Below, one piece after another: positions 38,359 to 47,790 of a DNA stretch of 64,000 nt. The stretch spans positions 9,441 through 73,440 of the forward strand of contig DASUKB010000004.1 of NCBI GenBank assembly GCA_036278915.1, in the 5' to 3' direction. Origin of the DNA: Patescibacteria group bacterium (GTDB lineage: Bacteria; Patescibacteriota; Doudnabacteria; UBA920; O2-02-FULL-48-8). The notes beneath the pieces are model-generated. The model saw only the letters and a list, made by a program, of their open reading frames with translations. It was not told where the DNA came from and searched no databases. Both the position numbers and the translations under genes were made by a program. Positions within the stretch are counted from its first letter, which is position 1; each line of letters opens with the position of its first letter.

Positions 38359-39201
38359 TCAATTAGAAATTAGAAATTCTTTTAACGCCTCGCTCCAAGG
38401 CCGAAGTTCTATAAATTTGGTATTTTTCAATAATTCATATTTGGGGCGGGCGGCCGGCCTTTCAAACTGCGAACTTGAGACTCCAAATATATCGGGATTT
38501 AGATTTTTGATGCGGAATATTTCGCGCGCCCAATCAAGCCTTGAGGCCATGCCGGAATTCACCAAATGGTAAATTCCAAAAGCTTTATGCTCCTCCACCA
38601 AAGCGCGGGAGGCTTGCGCCAAATCGTAAACGTAGGTTGGCGTACCGAATTCATCTTCTATGGCTTTGATAGGTTCTTCTCCGTCCGCAAGTTTGAGCAT
38701 TATGTCTATGAAGCTTTTTTTATTCCCCACCGAATTTTTGGCAAAATTCCCAAACAGCCAGGCCGTGCGGATAATGTAAAACTTGTCCATATTGTTTTGG
38801 ACTTCCATTTCCCCCACAAGTTTGGACTGACCATAGGCATTCACCGGATCCGGCAATGCGTCTTCGGTGTAACCTTCCGCCTTTTTGCCATCAAAGACCT
38901 GACCCGTGCTGTAATGTACAAAAGTGATTTCGAGCTGCTTGCAAGCTTTCGCTATAAATCCCGGCGCGTAGCCGTTCAGAAGTTCGGCTGACTTGCGGTC
39001 GGTCTCTGCCTCGTCCACTGCATTGTAAGCCGCGCAGTTGATGACCAAATCCGGTTTAAGAGCTGTGATTTTTTCCAAAACCTGAGATTCTTCCGTGATG
39101 TCCAGTTCGTCACGATCCCAACCCACGACTTGCGCGTCATGGTAAACTCTGGCAAACGCCTGCGCCAAATTCCCATTTGATCCTAAAATCAGAACTTTCA
39201 T
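38359..39201 (-). CDS. rmlD: dTDP-4-dehydrorhamnose reductase
   Basis: MKVLILGSNGNLAQAF Rossmann N-terminus, RmlD family length and YxxxK. Confidence 0.8.
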   Translation of the reverse strand: MKVLILGSNGNLAQAFARVYHDAQVVGWDRDELDITEESQVLEKITALKPDLVINCAAYNAVDEAETDRKSAELLNGYAPGFIAKACKQLEITFVHYSTGQVFDGKKAEGYTEDALPDPVNAYGQSKLVGEMEVQNNMDKFYIIRTAWLFGNFAKNSVGNKKSFIDIMLKLADGEEPIKAIEDEFGTPTYVYDLAQASRALVEEHKAFGIYHLVNSGMASRLDWAREIFRIKNLNPDIFGVSSSQFERPAARPKYELLKNTKFIELRPWSEALKEFLISN

Positions 39202-39752
39202 TGGAAAGCCTCCACTTCCGAAAGTTTAGGATTGTTCCGATCCTTTTCTGAAATTATGGATTTATCCAAGGCAATCGGCCAGGAAATATTCAATCCAGGA
39301 TCGCCGGGATTGACCGATTTATAGATGCCTTCGGGATTCCAGTGCGCATTTACCAAATAACAATAATAAACATCTGGTACTAATGTTTGGTAAGCGTTGG
39401 CTACTCCACGAGGCACAAACACGGCTTTGCTTTCGTCTACGATCGTGGTGTAAACTTTGCCAAAACTTTGACTGCGCAAATCCACCCACGCACCGAACGC
39501 CTTCCCTTTGGTAACAGTGATGTATTTGTCCCAAGGTTCGGCGTGGATGCCGCGCAGAACTCCTGCTTCTTTGTTGTAAGAAATATTTTGCTGGACAATC
39601 CGAAAACTTTCCGGAAACCCGGCGGCAACCAGCTTTTGTTTCTGGAATTTTTCCTGAAAATACCCTCGAGCATCACCAACAGATGAAATGCTAATTTCGA
39701 GCAGGCCGGGAATTTCAGTTTCGGAAATTTTAAATTCAGTTGTTTGCGGCAT
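39198..39752 (-). CDS. rmlC: dTDP-4-dehydrorhamnose 3,5-epimerase
   Basis: 184-aa cupin; GVLRGIHAEPW... RmlC motifs; operon position. Confidence 0.8.
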   Translation of the reverse strand: MPQTTEFKISETEIPGLLEISISSVGDARGYFQEKFQKQKLVAAGFPESFRIVQQNISYNKEAGVLRGIHAEPWDKYITVTKGKAFGAWVDLRSQSFGKVYTTIVDESKAVFVPRGVANAYQTLVPDVYYCYLVNAHWNPEGIYKSVNPGDPGLNISWPIALDKSIISEKDRNNPKLSEVEAFQ

Positions 39753-40746
39753 ATTGTTTTTTATAATAATCAGCGTAGTCCTGGTTCAAAAGTTTTTTCC
39801 ACCAATTCTCATGAGTCTCATACCACTTAATTGTCTGGGACAGACCAGATTCAAAATCATATTCGCGCTTCCACCCGAGCTCTTTTTCAATTTTACTCGC
39901 ATCGATGGCATACCGCGCGTCGTGCCCAGGCCGATCTTTCACGAATTCAATAAGACTTTCATCTTTGCCCATCAATTTGAGGATTGTTTTGACTAGTTCA
40001 AGATTTGAATGTTCCGCGTTTCCGCCCAGCAAATAAGTTTCGCCTACTTTGCCCTTTTGAATTACCAAATCCACGCCGGCATTGTGATCGTTTACATGAA
40101 TCCAGTCGCGCACATTTGACCCATCACCGTAAACCGGCAATTTCTTGCCCAAGGTCGCGTTTATAAACATCAAAGGAATTAATTTTTCTATAAACTGGTA
40201 TGGCCCGTAGTTGTTGGAACAATTTGTAATTGTAGCTTGCAGCCCGAATGTCCGAACATATGCTCGAACCAAATGGTCACTGCCCGCTTTGGATGCCGAG
40301 TACGGACTTGAAGGATCATACGGCGTGTGCTCGTCAAACTTTTTACTTGTCCCCAGTCCCAATGATCCGAAAACTTCATCCGTGGAGATGTGGTGAAAAC
40401 GTATTTTGTGTTTGGTTGCGGCATCGAGCAGAACTTGCGTACCCAAAACATTTGTGCGCACAAATTCCGCCGGTCCGAGTATGGAGCGGTCTACGTGAGT
40501 TTCCGCCGCAAAATTTACTACGATGTCTGTTTCGGCTACGAGCGAGTCCACGGCTGCCGGGTCGGCAATATCCCCTTTTACAAATTTAAACCGATTGTTA
40601 TTTTCAAAGTCGGCAAGGTTGTCCAAATTGCCCGCGTAAGTCAGTTTGTCCAAAACCACCACTTCGCAATCTGGATATTCGCGAAATAGATAGTGTACAA
40701 AATTGGATCCGATAAATCCCGCCCCGCCCGTGATGAGGTATTTCAT
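39736..40746 (-). CDS. rmlB: dTDP-glucose 4,6-dehydratase
   Basis: MKYLITGGAGFIGSNFVHYL; YSASKAGSDHLVRAY catalytic YxxxK. Confidence 0.85.
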   Translation of the reverse strand: MKYLITGGAGFIGSNFVHYLFREYPDCEVVVLDKLTYAGNLDNLADFENNNRFKFVKGDIADPAAVDSLVAETDIVVNFAAETHVDRSILGPAEFVRTNVLGTQVLLDAATKHKIRFHHISTDEVFGSLGLGTSKKFDEHTPYDPSSPYSASKAGSDHLVRAYVRTFGLQATITNCSNNYGPYQFIEKLIPLMFINATLGKKLPVYGDGSNVRDWIHVNDHNAGVDLVIQKGKVGETYLLGGNAEHSNLELVKTILKLMGKDESLIEFVKDRPGHDARYAIDASKIEKELGWKREYDFESGLSQTIKWYETHENWWKKLLNQDYADYYKKQYAANN

Positions 40747-41069
40747 TTTCTTGGAATTATATGGAAATGCAGATGCATTATTTCTTGTCCGGCAGAAGGA
40801 CCGTTATTGGCGGAAAAATTGAAACCAGCCGCACCGTATTCGTCCATCAATTTCTTTGCAATCAATTTTACCTTAGGCATCATCTGCGCCAACATCTCGT
40901 CGGATGTGTTCATCAGGTCTGGCGTATGAGTTTTGGAAATCACCAGCGCATGCCCGGGAGCTTTGGGCCGCAAGTCCAAAAATGCGAGCACTTCGCCGTC
41001 TTCATAAACTTTTTCCGTCGGAATTTCGCCCGCAACAATTTTACAGAAGAGACATTCGGAATCAGCCAT
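40743..41069 (-). CDS. HIT-family (histidine triad) protein
   Basis: HLHFHIIPRK histidine triad motif. Confidence 0.7.
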   Translation of the reverse strand: MADSECLFCKIVAGEIPTEKVYEDGEVLAFLDLRPKAPGHALVISKTHTPDLMNTSDEMLAQMMPKVKLIAKKLMDEYGAAGFNFSANNGPSAGQEIMHLHFHIIPRK

Positions 41070-41070
41070 T

Positions 41071-42126
41071 TTATTTATAAATTAATTTTGCTGTCACGTT
41101 CACATTCTGGCCGTTGCGCAAGATTGTAAAAGACAAATCCCCGCTTTGCTGGTTTAAAATCGTTTCGAAGTTGCCGCCGGAAATATTCTGCCCGGAAGCT
41201 TGGGTGATTAAATCGTTCGGTAAAAGTCCTGCTGCCTGTGCTGCACTACCCGCCGCCACGGACACCACCTCAACTCCACCTTGGGGCAAATTTTTCAGAT
41301 GAGCCTGCGCGTCCGAAAGATCTAAATATTTCATTCCCAAATATGGCCGGGTAATCTTCCCCGTGCGAAGGTACGTATCCACCGCGGTGTGCAGATCTTC
41401 CGAAATCAAAACAGACAAATTCGAACGGGTCATGCCCACTACCTTGCCGTCCAAATCTATAACCGGGCCACCCGCGAAGTCAGCACTTAAGTTGGACTGC
41501 GCCAGAATTTCGTTTTCAAATGCGTCGGAATCCAGTATCTGGGACAAACTTTGATTGTTGTCTAGGCTCCTGTTGACTCTGCCCAGGGCGAAATCGCGCG
41601 TAAAAGAATTGTTTGACCGGCCCAAATATATAAGCTGCTGGCTTGCGGCAAGCGTGCCGGCATCGGCAAACTGCGCAAACGGCAGGTTTTGCGCGCTAAT
41701 TGTGACCACAGCCAAGTCGGAGCGGGGATCCTGTGCTCGAATTTGCCCGGTGTATGCAGTGCCATCATTGGTTACGACGGTCACATCCCCCGCTGCCGGC
41801 AAATCGGATTTGGGCGTGATAATCATGCCGTCGGCTGTAACTATAATTCCGTTGGCCAAAAATTTGTGGTCAGGCGTAGACGCATATACGTCCGAGGTGT
41901 AACCGGCTGCCTGTTTGGACAAATCTATGAGATTGGCCCCTTCGTTGAGCTCCACCTGTTGCACGCGATTTATAATCACAGGATTACTGCTTTCAAGTTT
42001 TTGCACCCACGACATCCCCGGAATTCCCGAAATAAATGGAATTCCAAACCGGTTAAGGAGCACGCCGCCTATGGCTCCCAGCACGAATGCCAAAATTATA
42101 ATCCAAATCCAATTACCTTTTGTCAT
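41071..42126 (-). CDS. HtrA/DegP-like trypsin-fold protein with PDZ domain; catalytic His and Ser replaced (predicted inactive)
   Basis: Homology to DegP around DPRSDLAVVTI (Asp retained) but TNNHV -> ITPKSD and GNSGGP -> DFAGGP. Confidence 0.55.
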   Translation of the reverse strand: MTKGNWIWIIILAFVLGAIGGVLLNRFGIPFISGIPGMSWVQKLESSNPVIINRVQQVELNEGANLIDLSKQAAGYTSDVYASTPDHKFLANGIIVTADGMIITPKSDLPAAGDVTVVTNDGTAYTGQIRAQDPRSDLAVVTISAQNLPFAQFADAGTLAASQQLIYLGRSNNSFTRDFALGRVNRSLDNNQSLSQILDSDAFENEILAQSNLSADFAGGPVIDLDGKVVGMTRSNLSVLISEDLHTAVDTYLRTGKITRPYLGMKYLDLSDAQAHLKNLPQGGVEVVSVAAGSAAQAAGLLPNDLITQASGQNISGGNFETILNQQSGDLSFTILRNGQNVNVTAKLIYK

Positions 42127-42409
42127 GTATATATCCTTCCATTTTAAGTAGGGCCAGTTTCCGCTTGATGCCGCCCGGGGCCGAGTACCCGGTCATGCGG
42201 CCGCTTGTGCCAATCACCCGATGACAAGGTATGTATGGCACATCCATATTTCTGGACAGGGCGCCGCCGACGGCGCGGGCAGCGTTTGGTTGCCCGATTT
42301 TTTGGGCCACCTGGCCGTAAGTCCAAACTTGGCCTTTGGGAATTTTAAGAATGGCGCGAAAAACTTTTTGCTGAAACGGCGTATATTTTTTCCAATCAAT
42401 CTTCTTCAT
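42113..42409 (-). CDS. methylated-DNA--protein-cysteine methyltransferase C-terminal domain-only protein (98 aa)
   Basis: VPYIPCHRVIGTSG PCHR active-site motif. Confidence 0.7.
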   Translation of the reverse strand: MKKIDWKKYTPFQQKVFRAILKIPKGQVWTYGQVAQKIGQPNAARAVGGALSRNMDVPYIPCHRVIGTSGRMTGYSAPGGIKRKLALLKMEGYIHDKR

Positions 42410-42451
42410 TAATCCTATTCCTAATTACTCGTTACTACTTACTAATTACTA

Positions 42452-43183
42452 TCATTTAATTCCCGTCAGCGGCCGGAAACTTGTGGTGGCCAGCACTGCC
42501 AAAAGCACCAGGCATACAAATCCCAACTGCCAGAGAATTTTGTTGCGGGTAAGCTTGCCGAAGAACGCCGAAAACGAAAAAATCCAAAGCAGATAAAAAA
42601 TCGCAAACACGACGATAGCATCCACCACGTAGTATGTCGGCCACAGGTACAAGCCAAGTGATGCTTCGGCGCAGACTAGTGCAGTAAGGAAACTGAAATA
42701 CTTTTTCACCGGCAGCGAAAACCCCGCAAAGCCCTGAATTATGAGCAGGTACGTCGCGACAAAGACTCCCAAGCCAAGCAGCACGAAATTGAAATTAAAG
42801 TAAAATTGCACCGCAAACAATCCGACAAAAATCGCAAACGCCGAAAACAAATAGACATTCTGCAAAAAATGGCTTTCTTTGCCCAGCTGAACTTCCATTG
42901 CGTAAAAAGTCAGACTTGCGGCAATGAGAAACACTTCGCGAAATCCGGGACCTGTGATAACCGCAAACAGACTGCCGAATCCCGCCAAAAACAAAATTGG
43001 CAGCAGGAGATGCGGCCAGACAAATCCCACCCTACGACTGTTGACCACGAGCACGGCAGCGGCAAATACGGCCAAAGACAGCACGAATACCATAAGGCTT
43101 GCGGGATTCTGGCCTGAAATGGACCACCAAGACAACAAAAACAGCAAAATGGTCAAAATTACCGACGAAATTCGGTTAAACAT
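42452..43183 (-). CDS. hypothetical polytopic membrane protein
   Basis: 7-8 TM helices. Confidence 0.4.
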   Translation of the reverse strand: MFNRISSVILTILLFLLSWWSISGQNPASLMVFVLSLAVFAAAVLVVNSRRVGFVWPHLLLPILFLAGFGSLFAVITGPGFREVFLIAASLTFYAMEVQLGKESHFLQNVYLFSAFAIFVGLFAVQFYFNFNFVLLGLGVFVATYLLIIQGFAGFSLPVKKYFSFLTALVCAEASLGLYLWPTYYVVDAIVVFAIFYLLWIFSFSAFFGKLTRNKILWQLGFVCLVLLAVLATTSFRPLTGIK

Positions 43184-43241
43184 ATCCGATATTCAATAAT
43201 CTTAACCATCATACCAAAAACGACGATGTTTTGCGAGTTAT

Positions 43242-44096
43242 CTAGGCCCGCGCGCGGGCCGACCTCCAAATCATAAGCAGCGCCACACCAGCAGCCAGAA
43301 CACCGGCTACGGCAGTAACCTGATCAACTTTAATTCCATGTATGTAAGATGAATCCAGACGGATGCCTTCTATAAAAAACCGGCTTAACGAATACAGTCC
43401 GAGGTATGTAAACACGAGCACGCCGGGCAGAACTTTCATGCGCATAATTCGCACAAGGATAAAAAAAATAATAACGCTGCAGAGGGCTTCATACAAAAAT
43501 GTCGGATGAAAAAAACTTGCCTGGATGTAAGCGGCCGGCCGGTGCGCGGCGTCGACGTACATTTTCCATGGCAGATCGGTAGGCAGCCCAAATGCTTCCT
43601 GGTTGAAAAAATTCCCAAACCGTCCCAAACCCTGAGCCAAAGGCAAAGCCACCGCCAGCAGATCCAGCAAACGGAACGCTGCGAATGCCTTTGTCCGCGC
43701 ATAAAAATAAGCAAAAATCAGACCCGAAATAATCGCGCCATAAATAGACAACCCCCCGTGCCAGATTTTGTAGATTTCGGAAAGATTGTTTCTATAGAGG
43801 CCAAAGTCCACGGCCACATAGTAAACGCGTGCGCCAAGAAACGCTACAATAGTAATCCAAAACGCCACGTCGTCCACTGACTCCTGGCTTATGCCGAACC
43901 GCCACGCGTAATGCCTGGCCACTAGATATCCCACAAGCACGGATGCGGCCATGGTGATGCCATAAAGCCGAATGGCAAAACGGCCGAACGTAATCTGCTG
44001 TGGGATGCTAATGTTCCCGGCAAACGCCGGGATAAAGAAAAAAAATATAAGCACCGCCGCAAGGCAAATACCCGAAACCCAATAAAAATATTTCAT
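43242..44096 (-). CDS. lgt: prolipoprotein diacylglyceryl transferase
   Basis: GRFGNFFNQE Lgt signature, conserved YRNNLSEIYKIWHGGLSIYG region. Confidence 0.85.
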   Translation of the reverse strand: MKYFYWVSGICLAAVLIFFFFIPAFAGNISIPQQITFGRFAIRLYGITMAASVLVGYLVARHYAWRFGISQESVDDVAFWITIVAFLGARVYYVAVDFGLYRNNLSEIYKIWHGGLSIYGAIISGLIFAYFYARTKAFAAFRLLDLLAVALPLAQGLGRFGNFFNQEAFGLPTDLPWKMYVDAAHRPAAYIQASFFHPTFLYEALCSVIIFFILVRIMRMKVLPGVLVFTYLGLYSLSRFFIEGIRLDSSYIHGIKVDQVTAVAGVLAAGVALLMIWRSARARA

Positions 44097-44211
44097 GGAA
44101 GCGTTAATCGTTATTCGTCAGAGCGGTGCGTATTGTTTCGGCTTGCGGTTATGGACTCTCTACACAGAAACTTGCCGATACGCGCAGCGCCGCCGATAAA
44201 CACTACCGGAT

Positions 44212-44796
44212 TTAAAATAAACTCGTTTGCCTTGCCGCCGGCATCCGCGGCGAAGGTTCGGCAAACGCAATCTTTATTTCGCGGGTGTCAAAATAATCTT
44301 TGTACAAAAGTTTTCCGTATTTTGACGCGTAATCATAAATTTCCTTGGTTATTTTCACATCGTTGCTGCAGTATTTTTTGAGCTCGTCGATTCGGTTCTG
44401 CTTGTATAGGCGCAGAGCCTGCAAACCGTCGCCGTTTTTGCCAACTCCAAGCGTAGTGGAAGCAAGATTGTCGAGCTTGAGCCTGTGGCCGATAAGCTTT
44501 TCTACCTCTTCCATAAGGTCCAAAGTTGGCAACTCCTGCGGATTGTAGGACAAATATGGCCGGAGGACCTCGTAGTCAAAGTGTTTGATGTTGTAGCCGA
44601 TTACCAAATCCGCTTCCTGAAACATTTCTCCGGCGCGGTACACCTGGTCTTCGGTAAAGCAAAAATGTTTATCTTGGATGTATGAGTACACTCCGATGAC
44701 CGAAATCTTGAGTAGATGATTTTTGCCAAACCCCCCAACATCATCAAAAGATTTTTGGGTTTCCAGATCAAACACAATTTTATTTAACGCCGCCAT
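44212..44796 (-). CDS. PolB-exonuclease-like DEDD 3'-5' exonuclease (standalone)
   Basis: Exo I FDLETQ, Exo II YNIKHFDYEVL, Exo III YCSNDVKITKEIY. Confidence 0.5.
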   Translation of the reverse strand: MAALNKIVFDLETQKSFDDVGGFGKNHLLKISVIGVYSYIQDKHFCFTEDQVYRAGEMFQEADLVIGYNIKHFDYEVLRPYLSYNPQELPTLDLMEEVEKLIGHRLKLDNLASTTLGVGKNGDGLQALRLYKQNRIDELKKYCSNDVKITKEIYDYASKYGKLLYKDYFDTREIKIAFAEPSPRMPAARQTSLF

Positions 44797-44880
44797 TTAG
44801 TTTTGTTTCCTCAATGTTACTTTCAACCTAACAATTATAGCACAAACGGAAAAAACACAGATTAGACGTACAAGCTTCTG

Positions 44881-45462
44881 TTAATTGCCGGATTTATTTT
44901 TAAAATTTTTAAATTTTATATTAAGCCAATCCAAAACAGCTAATTGGTCATCAACGGTTGCCCGTCGGATTTGAGATAGCAGATGTATCTTGTCAGGCTT
45001 TGCCATAGCAGTATTTTGGAGTCCTTCATTACAATTCGTACAGATTGCCCTCAGGTTTGAAGGCGTGTCCTCTCCTCCCTTTGACTTATCAATTATATGA
45101 CCTAAGGTTAAACGTATTGTACGCTCAGGATGAAACGGATCAGCATCGCCAGCTGCCACACCACAACTCTGGCATGTAAATCCATTTCTCTCTAAAACAA
45201 AGGCGCGTGTTTCTTTCGAAATTCCTCTTGCGAAGGCTGGACGCCGTTTTGATGTTTCAAGTAAGTACTCTCCTGGCTTTAAATTAGCTCGATCCTTATG
45301 TGACAAGATCTGGTATCCTTCTTCATCACGTAATTCTCTAAGTCTACGCCCCCATTCTGCAACCCAGCCAGATGCCTCTTGTATTTCTTTGGCATGAATC
45401 ACTCTCCCTTTATTTGCAAGCAAAAAATCAAGAATCTTCCGCTTAGACCCGTTTCTTGTCAT
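44881..45462 (-). CDS. HNH endonuclease, putative type II restriction endonuclease
   Basis: CQSCG...H..D...N.......CTNCN HNH/zinc-ribbon motif; 20-nt overlap with upstream C5-MTase. Confidence 0.6.
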   Translation of the reverse strand: MTRNGSKRKILDFLLANKGRVIHAKEIQEASGWVAEWGRRLRELRDEEGYQILSHKDRANLKPGEYLLETSKRRPAFARGISKETRAFVLERNGFTCQSCGVAAGDADPFHPERTIRLTLGHIIDKSKGGEDTPSNLRAICTNCNEGLQNTAMAKPDKIHLLSQIRRATVDDQLAVLDWLNIKFKNFKNKSGN

Positions 45463-46414
45463 ATTGTTCTAACGCTCTAATGATCTGAAGTGCAACGGCC
45501 TTCGCTACAGGGGGCGGAAAAGCATTTCCGATTTGCCTATAAGCCGTAGTCTTTCTTCCAAAAAATTTCCAATTATCAGGGAATCCCTGTATTCTTGCAG
45601 CCATTCTAACAGTCAATTTAGGTTGGCCGTTGATTGGAAAATCGCTGGTCGGCGAATCGTCGGCTATTCCTCTTCCATCGACTCCTAATTTCTGCCATTG
45701 CATCTTAGCTCGCGTTGGGCCGAGGTCAGGGCCGCCATGTTTCGTAGAACCACCAACTAATGTGGGTCCAGCACCAACGGCATTTAATGCCCATTTTTTT
45801 GCACCTGGCCAGCCATTTGATGACATTAAATCTTCTATTAATTCGCCAACATTTACAATCTTATTCGAACCCGATGGCCATTCAAAATATTTTTCGATGC
45901 CTTTACTGAAGCCCACCAATACAAATCTTGACCGTAACTGGGGGGTGCCAAAATTATGTGCGTGTAAAATCGTCCAATCAGTCCAATACCCTAACATTCC
46001 CAAGGATTGCTGAATAGAATTCCTATAGTTCTCAAATTTTCTGGAAGCAAATCCTGGGACATTTTCTATAAGTATGGCCCGAGGGGCAGCTTCACTGATT
46101 ATTCTTAAAGTTGCTGGGAATAAATCCCTTTCATCATTTTGCCCAAGTTGCTTTCCTGCAATTGAGAATGGTGGACAAGGCACGCCGCCAGCAATCAAAT
46201 CAACCTTCGCATATTTATTTGCGGAGAATGTCTTTAGATCTCCATTTATAACATTTAAATCAGGTCTGTTTAACAGAAGTGTATTACAATAATTTGCTTC
46301 TATTTCAACAGCTCCTATGCAACTGAAACCAGCTTGTTCAAGTCCAATAAATTGGCCGCCTCCGCCAGCACATAGTTCTAGAACAGTTTTTTTGTTTGAT
46401 ATTTTTTTATTCAT
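45443..46414 (-). CDS. DNA (cytosine-5)-methyltransferase
   Basis: LELCAGGGGQFIGL (motif I), GGVPCPPFSIAG (PC motif IV), ENV (VI). Confidence 0.8.
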   Translation of the reverse strand: MNKKISNKKTVLELCAGGGGQFIGLEQAGFSCIGAVEIEANYCNTLLLNRPDLNVINGDLKTFSANKYAKVDLIAGGVPCPPFSIAGKQLGQNDERDLFPATLRIISEAAPRAILIENVPGFASRKFENYRNSIQQSLGMLGYWTDWTILHAHNFGTPQLRSRFVLVGFSKGIEKYFEWPSGSNKIVNVGELIEDLMSSNGWPGAKKWALNAVGAGPTLVGGSTKHGGPDLGPTRAKMQWQKLGVDGRGIADDSPTSDFPINGQPKLTVRMAARIQGFPDNWKFFGRKTTAYRQIGNAFPPPVAKAVALQIIRALEQYDKKRV

Positions 46415-46467
46415 TTCAGTTCAATATGATTATAGTATAAGTTGCTTTAAAAAACAAAATAGCGGCA

Positions 46468-46495
46468 CTGCTGCCGCTATCGATATTCACAATTT
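46468..46495 (-). terminator. intrinsic terminator downstream of the AAA+ regulator gene
   Basis: atagcggca-ctgc-tgccgctat hairpin; minus strand followed by TTTGTTTTTT. Confidence 0.5.
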
Positions 46496-46597
46496 GTATT
46501 TATTATACCCCATCCATATAAAAAGTCAAATTTTTGGATATAAAAAAGGCGCAGGTCTGCGTTAAGCAGCCCGCGCCCGATAATTGGCCATCTGGCC

Positions 46598-47656
46598 TTA
46601 AGACTCCTCCAGCTTGTACTCCTTAATCTTGGCGCGGAGGCCCTTGATGGAAAAACCAAGTTTTGCCGCGGCCTGCGTCCGGTTCCAGCCGCATTTGCGG
46701 AGCCTGTCGAGCAGCACAAGCCGTTCGATATCAAGCCGAACCTTGTCCATCACCTCGGTCACCGTCTGCTTAAAGCTCTTATGCTCATCAGTTTCAGGCA
46801 GGAGATAGGCCAGCGGAGAATCCGTGGTGGTTTTTGCTCGTGACTCCAAAACTTCGAAATCCTCTGTGCAAAGTGTCTGCCGTCCCTGCATAGAAGCCCG
46901 GATCACGGCACCGGTGAGAGCCTTGTTCAGCTGGCGCACATTGCCGGGCCACTCCCTATTCTGCAGCCAATTGGTCACACTCTCACCCACACTCATCTTC
47001 GGGACGTTTTGGGCAGCTGCAAACTGCTGCAGGAAGTGCTCCGCCAGAATCGATATATCTCCGACCCGCTGACGCAAAGGCGGCATGGTGATCGTAAAAT
47101 CGCAAATGCGCCAGTACAGATCTTCACGGAATTTTTTTTCGGCCACAGCCTGTGCGAGATCTATCCGCGACGCAACAACGATTCGGGCAAGACACTTGAG
47201 AGGCTTCGAGCTGCCCAGCCGCAAGTATTCGCGTTCGTCCATAAGCCGGAGCAAGCGCTGCTGCACATAATCGTTCGCTTCGCCGATTTCATCGAACAAC
47301 AGTGTTCCATCCGCGGCTTCGTCGATGAGTCCGGGCTTCTGCCTGTTGGCATCGGTATACGCGCCGCTGTCGTTGCCGAACAATTCGCGCTCCACCATGT
47401 TTTGGGGAATGCGGGATAAATCCGCAACCACAAACGGCAGGGTGGAGTTCTTCTCATATCCCCGGGTCCTCTTGTGCAGAAACCTTGCGGCCTCTTCTTT
47501 GCCAGTGCCCGTCTCGCCGGTAAACAAGGTAATCACGTTATGGTACCCAGACAGCGCCTGAATTTGTTCGCGGATTTTTCTGATCTGCAGACTATTGCCG
47601 ACCAGATGCTTGGGCTTATCAACCGCGCTCTCTTGCATACTGACCGTCGTAGTCAT
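46598..47656 (-). CDS. sigma-54-interaction-domain AAA+ ATPase with C-terminal Fis-type HTH, no receiver domain, degenerate GAFTGA (GAYTDA)
   Basis: GETGTGKE Walker A, LLFDEIGE Walker B, ELFGNDSGAYTDA, C-terminal NRTQAAAKLGFSIKGLRAKIKEY HTH; GAAGGAGGATC SD before ATG. Confidence 0.7.
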   Translation of the reverse strand: MTTTVSMQESAVDKPKHLVGNSLQIRKIREQIQALSGYHNVITLFTGETGTGKEEAARFLHKRTRGYEKNSTLPFVVADLSRIPQNMVERELFGNDSGAYTDANRQKPGLIDEAADGTLLFDEIGEANDYVQQRLLRLMDEREYLRLGSSKPLKCLARIVVASRIDLAQAVAEKKFREDLYWRICDFTITMPPLRQRVGDISILAEHFLQQFAAAQNVPKMSVGESVTNWLQNREWPGNVRQLNKALTGAVIRASMQGRQTLCTEDFEVLESRAKTTTDSPLAYLLPETDEHKSFKQTVTEVMDKVRLDIERLVLLDRLRKCGWNRTQAAAKLGFSIKGLRAKIKEYKLEES

Positions 47657-47790
47657 GCGATCCTCCTTCGCAAATGCAGGCTTTTGCCTGACAGCACATC
47701 ATAAGTCCAACCCATACTTTTGTCAAAAATCAAATTTGGTTATTAAGCAATCTTTATGGTATAATTTGGGCACATTACTAAGCTTAAATC

